A stretch of 64,000 nucleotides of DNA, taken from the NCBI GenBank assembly GCA_035445085.1, contig DAOMQA010000006.1, forward strand, positions 21,540-85,539, written 5' to 3'. The notes below the pieces were generated by a model. It worked only from the letters and a program-made list of their open reading frames with translations, did not search any database and was not told the DNA's origin. A program made the position numbers and the translations under genes. The stretch comes from Candidatus Kapaibacterium sp. (GTDB taxonomy: Bacteria > Bacteroidota > Ignavibacteria > Kapaibacteriales > UBA2268). Shown here in pieces: positions 57,753-64,000 of the stretch (positions within the stretch are counted from its first letter, which is position 1; every line of letters starts with the position of its first letter).

Positions 57753-58578
57753 TAATTACTCGATTAAAATATGAATTACTTTGATTATTATCCGATAAAT
57801 CGTCTTTGAGTTGTAGGGATGTTTTCCCAAACCTTCTTTCTCTGTTTAAAAAATTTGATAAAGCTAAGTATAAATCCTGTCTTCTAAATTCTGGCCAATA
57901 TTTATCTGTAATATAAATTTCACCGTATGCCATTTCCCAAAGCATAAAGTTACTAAGCCTCATTTCGCCACTAGTTCGTATCAATAAATCTGTTTCGGGT
58001 AAGTTATGAGTAAGCAAATAAGATGAAAATAGTTCCTCATTTATATCTTCTGGGGAGATTTTACCTCGCCTAATGTCTAACCCTATCATTTGAACCGCCC
58101 TCACAATATCCCATCTACCACTATAGCTTAAAGCTAAAGTAAGAGTTAAGCCATCATTTTCTTTAGTTCTCTCAATAGAGTCTTTTAATAATTTTTGTAT
58201 AGATTTCGGTAATGAACTAATTTTACCGATTGAATTAAGTTTTACTTTATTAATATCTAATTCTTCAATTTCTTGCCTTAGATATATTTCTAACAATTTC
58301 ATCAATCCATTTACTTCGGGTGCAGGCCTTTTCCAATTTTCTATCGAAAAAGCATATAATGTAAGAAATTTTATGCCTAATTGTGAGGATGACTTTACTA
58401 TATCTCTTACAGATTCTATACCTTGCTTATGCCCAGCAATTCTAGGAAAATTGTGCTCCAAAGCCCAGCGACCATTACCATCCATAATAATAGCAATATG
58501 TTTTGGTAATTTACCGCTATTAATAATTTCTAGTTGCTTTTCTTTATCATCAGGGTTTATTTCTGAATCCCAAGTCAA
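57733..58578 (-). CDS. uppS: Isoprenyl transferase (undecaprenyl diphosphate synthase)
   Basis: HIAIIMDGNGRWA, with the ...ENW...R motifs downstream. Confidence 0.9.
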   Translation of the reverse strand: MTWDSEINPDDKEKQLEIINSGKLPKHIAIIMDGNGRWALEHNFPRIAGHKQGIESVRDIVKSSSQLGIKFLTLYAFSIENWKRPAPEVNGLMKLLEIYLRQEIEELDINKVKLNSIGKISSLPKSIQKLLKDSIERTKENDGLTLTLALSYSGRWDIVRAVQMIGLDIRRGKISPEDINEELFSSYLLTHNLPETDLLIRTSGEMRLSNFMLWEMAYGEIYITDKYWPEFRRQDLYLALSNFLNRERRFGKTSLQLKDDLSDNNQSNSYFNRVINAFKNI

Positions 58579-58699
58579 TTTTTCCCTCTTTTTAAAATTT
58601 TAATAAAAACCCCATTACAAAATTACTGAATTATATAGAAAATATAAAACTTTTGTTAAAAGAAAAGGCTAATTAATGTAATAAAAAAAAATGTAAAAA

Positions 58700-58740
58700 T
58701 AAATTTTTTAATTAGTAGGAATGTTATTAATTTTGAAGCC
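58700..58740 (+). promoter_or_regulatory. Putative promoter for the HU gene (-7 element TAATTTTG)
   Basis: ttaattttgaag matches TAnnTTTG about 70 nt upstream of the HU ATG. Confidence 0.35.
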
Positions 58741-58798
58741 CTTGAAAATGAAAAATTTAAGAAATATATTTAATAAAATAATATTAAAGGATAATAAA

Positions 58799-59107
58799 AT
58801 GACAAAAGCTGATATCGTAGACGAAATATCAAAAGAAACGGGACTAACAAAAGTCGAAACTAAGGCAGTAGTAGAAGGAGTATTTTCTTGTATAATGGAA
58901 GCTATTGCTTCAGGAAAAAGAATTGAGCTTAGAGGATTTGGTGTATTTAAACATAAAAGTAGAAAGCCAAGAATGGCACGCAATCCTAAGACTGGTGAAT
59001 TAGTACCTTTGGATAAAAGATTTGTGCCTGTATTTAAGCCATCACCTGAGTTCTTAGTAAAAGTAAATGAATCTATGGTTGGCGTTGAAGAAGCTCTTGA
59101 AAAATAA
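58799..59107 (+). CDS. HU/IHF family DNA-binding protein
   Basis: Start at MTKADIVDEISKETGLTKVETKAVVEG..., with the beta-arm GFGVFKHKSRKPRMARNPKTGE. Confidence 0.85.
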   Translation: MTKADIVDEISKETGLTKVETKAVVEGVFSCIMEAIASGKRIELRGFGVFKHKSRKPRMARNPKTGELVPLDKRFVPVFKPSPEFLVKVNESMVGVEEALEK

Positions 59108-59177
59108 TTTTTATATTATATAAAAAAAACTTACATTTGTATATTGTTCAATGGTAATTTTATAACACGGAGTCAAT

Positions 59178-59270
59178 ATGCCTTGCGGTAAGAAGAGAAA
59201 ACGCCACAAAATGGCTACTCATAAGAGAAAAAAGAGATTACGCAAAAATCGTCATAAAAAAAGAAAATAA
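59178..59270 (+). CDS. Tiny, extremely basic protein, bS22-like (AURKAIP1/COX24-type small ribosomal protein candidate)
   Basis: 30 codons: MPCGKKRKRHKMATHKRKKRLRKNRHKKRK, with a TAA stop followed directly by a terminator hairpin. The K/R-rich pattern ...KRKRxKMxxxKRKKRLRK... resembles the actinobacterial bS22 sequence ...KKRRKRMSKKKHRKLL.... The gene is below the ORF-track length cutoff. Confidence 0.5.
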   Translation: MPCGKKRKRHKMATHKRKKRLRKNRHKKRK

Positions 59271-59273
59271 AAT

Positions 59274-59305
59274 AAAAAGGGCTATATTTAGCCCTTTTTA
59301 TTTTT
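59274..59305 (+). terminator. Rho-independent terminator after the tiny basic-peptide gene
   Basis: aaagggctatatttagccctttt hairpin followed by TTATTTTT. Confidence 0.7.
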
Positions 59306-59363
59306 CATTATGTAATTTCATTTAAATTTACTAAATTGCAGTTTATTATGGGAGTAAATATAA

Positions 59364-62300
59364 ATGAAATTTGTTTATACTTTAGTTTTATTAATTATTA
59401 TTACTTGTTCTCAATCTTCTGCTAAATATTGGCAAAAAATTGAAAATATACCTGCTCCCTATAATAACAATTATTGGTTAGATGTTTTTTTCTTGCCATC
59501 GAACCCAAATTATGGTTGGGTTTGTGGCTTTAAAGGTATGATTCTTCGTACTAGCGATGGAGGAAATACTTGGAATGGTGCTATAGCGCCTGATGCTTAC
59601 CACTTAGAACATATTCACTTCCCCTCAAAGAATGTCGGCTATACTTCTGGTCCTGACGGTATTTGGAAATCAACGGACGGAGGTATGACATGGAAAGATG
59701 TTACACCTAACGCCCTTAACCCAGAGTTTTGGGGTTGTTATTTCTTAGATGACGAATTAGGAGTATTAGTAGGGGGTGGTTGTGTTAGTAATCAGTCATT
59801 TTACAAGACTACAGATGGTGGTAGCTCTTGGACGGTATTTAACTCCAATGAACCAAATAGCGGTCTAACGGATGTTATTCTATATAATTCAGGAGAAGGC
59901 TATGCCTCTAGTAGCGGTGTTGTTTGGAAAACTAATGATTTTGGCTCTACTTGGTCTATTTTCTCGATGCTTGGCAGTAAGCTATGGCAGGAAGAGATTA
60001 ATAAATTCGCAAATTCATTTTTAGTTCCTTATTCTGGTTTTGATTGCCAGGGAGGAGGGAATAATGGAGGAGCAAAATTTAGCACTGATAACGGGTTTAC
60101 TTGGTTAGATAAAAATACTGGTGTTAGTATGTTCGGCTCTTTTTTACTAAGCCCACTAAAGGGCTGGGCGTGTGGGAATCAAGATAATGTAATATATACT
60201 TCGGATGGTGGTATTAATTGGCAAGATAAGGATTGTGGACTTGAAGTTAGTGATTATGATGATATGTGGTTTGTTGATGAAAATAATGGTTGGGTAGTAG
60301 GGGCAGGGGTTTACCATTTAGCACCATCTACCTATCCTATTAATAAGGATACTATTTTAATCGATAATGTATGTATAGGACAAAGTGGAAGAGATACAAT
60401 TTGGATAAATAACAATTCGTTCGATAAATCAACAGGAAGAATCTTGATACCATCTTCTAAGGAGATATATCTTTATAATACACCAAAAGATTTTTTAATG
60501 GAGCAATGTTCTTTTTACCCAATTATTATTAATTATACAGCTTTCAAGGACACTACAATCACATTTAATTTTGACTTAATAATTAATGAGCCAGCTTCAG
60601 ATAATAAGACATATAATGTTACAGTAATCTTAAAAACATTAAAATCAACTAGTTTTCCACAATTTTCTAATATCAAAATTGATAGTGTACAAGTAGACAA
60701 TATTTATAATTATAGCCTTAATATATATTCTGAAAGTAACCAAGAGTTTTTAATTAATTATACGAAACTTTCGGGCAGCCCTAATATAAATATTAAAACT
60801 AAACTTCCTATACCAGCTTATAAAAATGGTAATCACCTTGATTTTGAGATATTAGCTACTGATACGGGGTGGGTATCTGCCAAATATAAACTGCAATTTG
60901 ACCGTTGTAACTCAGATACTATCATTGAAATTAAAGCCTACGCATATTCTCCAATTATACAATCTATTGAGAAAATTGATAAGCTCGTAAGTTGCGAAAA
61001 AATAGCTTATGATACAGTAGATGTTTTTAATTATGGTAATAGTGATTTGATAATTGCAACATATTCAACCAAACCAATTAAGCCCGATATTAAAATATTA
61101 GGTTTTGTAGGTGAAAGCGTGCCCGTTGTAATTGCAAAAAACAAATCTAAAAAATTAATTATTCAAAGTAGTCCTAATACATTTGGGAGCGCGTCTTTTG
61201 AATTATTATTAATTAATAACGATGTAACTAAAATTAGAGGTATTAAAAATCCGTATAGAATTATTTATAATCTTGATTATAAAAAGCCTAAAATACAATC
61301 TGAAACTGTTATTGACTTTGGAAGAATATGTAAAGGCAGAGAATTAACACTACCACTAAAATTATTTAATTTAGGTAACTTAGACGGTACTGTATATTTA
61401 AATAAAGTATTAAATCAGCCATTTTCTTTTAGTTTTAAGAATAAACAAAACTCAGAAGTAATATTGGCGGGCGATAGTTTAGAAACGTATTTAACATTTA
61501 TGTCTAATATTCCGGGGGATTTTATTGATACTTTAGAGCTAAGAACAAGCCCTTGTAATGAAATACATACAGTTGTCATAAAGGGGAGTACGATAGGCTC
61601 AGAAATTGAAGTAATTCCTTCTAAAATTGATACTACCTTTAAAGCAGGCGATACCATTGAAGTAATAGTTAGAATTTCTGCAATAGAGCGAGATATAATT
61701 ATCGAAAAGATTTTTTTAAGCAACAATGACCCGAACTGGTACATTAAGCCAGAAATAGTTTTGCCACTTGTTGTAGTTAAAGGGCAAGCCGCTATTTTTA
61801 GAATTAAATTTTCTACAAATATCGTTTCTACATTAAATTCAATATTAGTATTTGAAAATTCCTCTATTTGCGATACTTTAGCTTTTGTTGATGTAAATTT
61901 ATCTACTTTTTCAAAGTTTGTTTCGGTTGGACCTAATATATTAGATTTTGGTAAAAATTTATGTAATCTAAAAGATACGGTTTATAGTGTTTCCATTACA
62001 AATAAAGGGATTATACCCGATACACTCGAATCGATAACTATTAGTTCAAAGGACTTTGATATCCTTAATATGCCGAAATTACCTTATATAATGTCTGCTA
62101 ATGAGATTTTTAAATTACAGGTAAAGTTTAATCCTAAGGTAGAAGGGGCTTATATTGCAAATATAAATATAGCAACTGTGTCTCCAGGAAGTCAAAACTT
62201 TACAATTGATCTAAAGGGAGAGTATTTCAAATCTCAAATTGTGACTAATAAATTACTCATTGATTTTGGTTTTATTGAGCAGTGCCAAACTGGGCAACTT

Positions 62301-63566
62301 GATAGTATAATATTTAGACAATTAGGAATGTTAGAAGATACACTTGAATTAATTAATTTAAGTGATGATTCATTTGTCAAAATAAATGATAATAATACAA
62401 TATTACCTTTTGAATTAAATAATATTGCAATTTTAAAGTTAAGCCTAATTCAAGATAGCTTAGAATTGGGCGAGAACGAAATGGTATTTCATCTAAGGAG
62501 TAAATATTGTAACAATCAATTTGAAGTTGTTGTTAAAGCTAATTTAGTAACTCCTCGCTTATTAATTAACCCCAAGCCATTAGACTTTGAAACAAATTGG
62601 ATAGGAACAAGTAAAATTCTGCCCCTTGAATTAAATAATAGCTCTAATATTGATATTGACATTATAGCTATTGAATTGAATTCTAATGAATTTGAATGCT
62701 TATCTTCATTAAATATCAATATACCGGCAAACTCAATAGTAAATTTACCAATTAAATTTACTGCTTTAAGTGAAGGGAAAAAAGATATTAATATAAAGTT
62801 AATTTACCGTACGAATTGTATCGACTCAACTTCGGGAATATTATTAGCAGATGTACCTAAAGAAGAGTATAAAGCTCAAATTAGTATTGGTGATTATATA
62901 TCAGAACCAGATTCGATTATAACAATGGCTATTCATTCAGATTATATTTTAAATAATCTTGATTTAGATAGTATAAAGTTTGAAATACATTATGACAGAA
63001 AGTTGTTTTACCCACAAGAAGTATTTTTTGGGGGAAGTCTAAATAATGAAAACATCTCCTTTGATAAATCATTTGGAAATTTAACTATAAAAGTAAAAGG
63101 TGAAGAATCTAAGAAAATATTTGAAAAATCTGGAGATATAATTTTTATAAGAGGTAAAGTACTAATGGCTGTGCCTGACTCTACGCCTTTAGATATATAT
63201 GATGTAGAATTGGGTACAAGTAAAAATATAGAACTAACGACAATTGATGGTAGTTTAAAAGTGGTAGACTTTTGCCATGAATTAACGAAGTTTGAATTTC
63301 AATTTATTCCAACTTTTACACCTAAAGTTAATAATATAATTAATAATAATATATTAAATTATTCTATCTCGGCAACAAAAGAGACTACTGTTAATGTTAG
63401 CCTTACTAATGCTATTGGCGAAATAATTGATATAGGTGAGCATAAGGTTTATACAACAAATTCTAACTTTTATCATAATCTGTACAACATATCCAACGGT
63501 TTATATTATATGAATTTTAGAAATCAGTTCTGGAGTAAGACATATAAAATACTAATAGTTAAATAG
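59364..63566 (+). CDS. Giant secreted surface protein: N-terminal BNR/Ycf48-like beta-propeller, multiple Ig-like (ASH/choice-of-anchor-like) domains, cohesin-like domain, T9SS-type C-terminal domain
   Basis: 1400 aa with signal peptide MKFVYTLVLLIIITCSQSSA. The blades are TSDGGNTWNG, STDGGMTWKDV, TTDGGSSWTV, TNDFGSTWSI, STDNGFTWLD and TSDGGINWQD. The beta-sandwich modules that follow are long and repetitive. The terminal about 80 aa (...YHNLYNISNGLYYMNFRNQFWSKTYKILIVK) resembles a Por secretion tail. Confidence 0.75.
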   Translation: MKFVYTLVLLIIITCSQSSAKYWQKIENIPAPYNNNYWLDVFFLPSNPNYGWVCGFKGMILRTSDGGNTWNGAIAPDAYHLEHIHFPSKNVGYTSGPDGIWKSTDGGMTWKDVTPNALNPEFWGCYFLDDELGVLVGGGCVSNQSFYKTTDGGSSWTVFNSNEPNSGLTDVILYNSGEGYASSSGVVWKTNDFGSTWSIFSMLGSKLWQEEINKFANSFLVPYSGFDCQGGGNNGGAKFSTDNGFTWLDKNTGVSMFGSFLLSPLKGWACGNQDNVIYTSDGGINWQDKDCGLEVSDYDDMWFVDENNGWVVGAGVYHLAPSTYPINKDTILIDNVCIGQSGRDTIWINNNSFDKSTGRILIPSSKEIYLYNTPKDFLMEQCSFYPIIINYTAFKDTTITFNFDLIINEPASDNKTYNVTVILKTLKSTSFPQFSNIKIDSVQVDNIYNYSLNIYSESNQEFLINYTKLSGSPNINIKTKLPIPAYKNGNHLDFEILATDTGWVSAKYKLQFDRCNSDTIIEIKAYAYSPIIQSIEKIDKLVSCEKIAYDTVDVFNYGNSDLIIATYSTKPIKPDIKILGFVGESVPVVIAKNKSKKLIIQSSPNTFGSASFELLLINNDVTKIRGIKNPYRIIYNLDYKKPKIQSETVIDFGRICKGRELTLPLKLFNLGNLDGTVYLNKVLNQPFSFSFKNKQNSEVILAGDSLETYLTFMSNIPGDFIDTLELRTSPCNEIHTVVIKGSTIGSEIEVIPSKIDTTFKAGDTIEVIVRISAIERDIIIEKIFLSNNDPNWYIKPEIVLPLVVVKGQAAIFRIKFSTNIVSTLNSILVFENSSICDTLAFVDVNLSTFSKFVSVGPNILDFGKNLCNLKDTVYSVSITNKGIIPDTLESITISSKDFDILNMPKLPYIMSANEIFKLQVKFNPKVEGAYIANINIATVSPGSQNFTIDLKGEYFKSQIVTNKLLIDFGFIEQCQTGQLDSIIFRQLGMLEDTLELINLSDDSFVKINDNNTILPFELNNIAILKLSLIQDSLELGENEMVFHLRSKYCNNQFEVVVKANLVTPRLLINPKPLDFETNWIGTSKILPLELNNSSNIDIDIIAIELNSNEFECLSSLNINIPANSIVNLPIKFTALSEGKKDINIKLIYRTNCIDSTSGILLADVPKEEYKAQISIGDYISEPDSIITMAIHSDYILNNLDLDSIKFEIHYDRKLFYPQEVFFGGSLNNENISFDKSFGNLTIKVKGEESKKIFEKSGDIIFIRGKVLMAVPDSTPLDIYDVELGTSKNIELTTIDGSLKVVDFCHELTKFEFQFIPTFTPKVNNIINNNILNYSISATKETTVNVSLTNAIGEIIDIGEHKVYTTNSNFYHNLYNISNGLYYMNFRNQFWSKTYKILIVK

Positions 63567-63861
63567 TTAGTGGGCTATCGTCTGTGGGTTTATCTTTAAG
63601 AAAATAGAAATAATAGAATAAGATTTCTGGTACTAATAAAATTACTAAAGATAATGTATCTTGAGAGAAGTAAATTGTGTTCCATGAATCTGGGTAGATT
63701 AAATTTGCTATTGTACCTGTTAATGCCCAGCCTATAGTAAAGAATAAGCCAATAATACCTATTGCAAGTAATGCTTCCTTAATACCTCTTGATTGCCAAT
63801 TCATTGTAAAGGCAAATAAGGCGCCAGCTATGTGTAAGTAAAATATCAATAGTTCAATCAT
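63559..63861 (-). CDS. Small hypothetical membrane protein (3 predicted TM helices)
   Basis: 100 aa, hydrophobic, family unrecognised. It is convergent with, and overlaps by 8 nt, the giant gene's end. Confidence 0.3.
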   Translation of the reverse strand: MIELLIFYLHIAGALFAFTMNWQSRGIKEALLAIGIIGLFFTIGWALTGTIANLIYPDSWNTIYFSQDTLSLVILLVPEILFYYFYFLKDKPTDDSPLTI

Positions 63862-64000
63862 ACAAACGTTTCTTATAAATGGATTTGAGATAAAGTTTAA
63901 AAATACAAAAAATTAGTATATTACTAAAATTACATATGCAAAAAGTTGGTTTTATAAGTACTAATAGTTTATTACTATGAAAAATAAAATGGATTTCCAA

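Noticed and set aside
63935-64000. Possible gene start(s) at the right edge (atgcaaaaagtt..., atgaaaaataaaatggatttccaa)
   Set aside because: The first frame hits a stop after 14 codons. The second runs off the window after 8 codons. There is too little sequence to support a call.

Overview
This 64 kb window looks like chromosomal DNA from a low-GC (about 30%) bacterium of the FCB group (Bacteroidota- or Ignavibacteriota-like). Several things point that way: T9SS C-terminal sorting domains on giant surface proteins; an LpxC-FabZ fusion within a uppS-bamA-skp-skp-lpxD-lpxC/fabZ-lpxA cluster; a type III glutamine synthetase; and TAnnTTTG promoter motifs in front of genes that mostly lack Shine-Dalgarno sequences. 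Most of the window is housekeeping: rpmB, rimO, rlmI, glnN, tamB, tsaD, cinA, lplA, ispH, cmk, ssb, the lipid A and BamA genes, HU and a tRNA-Val. The accessory content sits between these. It includes a compact Type II restriction-modification module (a beta-class SPPY methyltransferase plus a putative endonuclease whose frame is broken by an in-frame TGA), wedged next to tRNA-Val between rimO-rlmI and glnN. There are three secreted BNR/Ycf48-like beta-propeller proteins, two of them giants (1929 aa and 1400 aa) with T9SS tails; one carries about 190-bp tandem DNA repeats that encode SBBP repeats. There is a MacAB-type ABC efflux set (HlyD adaptor, ATPase, two FtsX permeases) behind an orphan TPR-PAS histidine kinase and an RDD protein. 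There is also a DUF4175/DUF4159-like pair containing a 1172-aa Q/K/E-rich coiled-coil membrane protein. A tiny, extremely basic 30-codon gene (bS22-like) lies just downstream of HU and is missing from the ORF track. A 12-bp inverted-repeat operator sits upstream of a TonB-dependent receptor. TGA is used as an ordinary stop codon here (rlmI ends in TGA), so the split endonuclease is a real interruption, not recoding. I found no CRISPR array, integrase or transposase.
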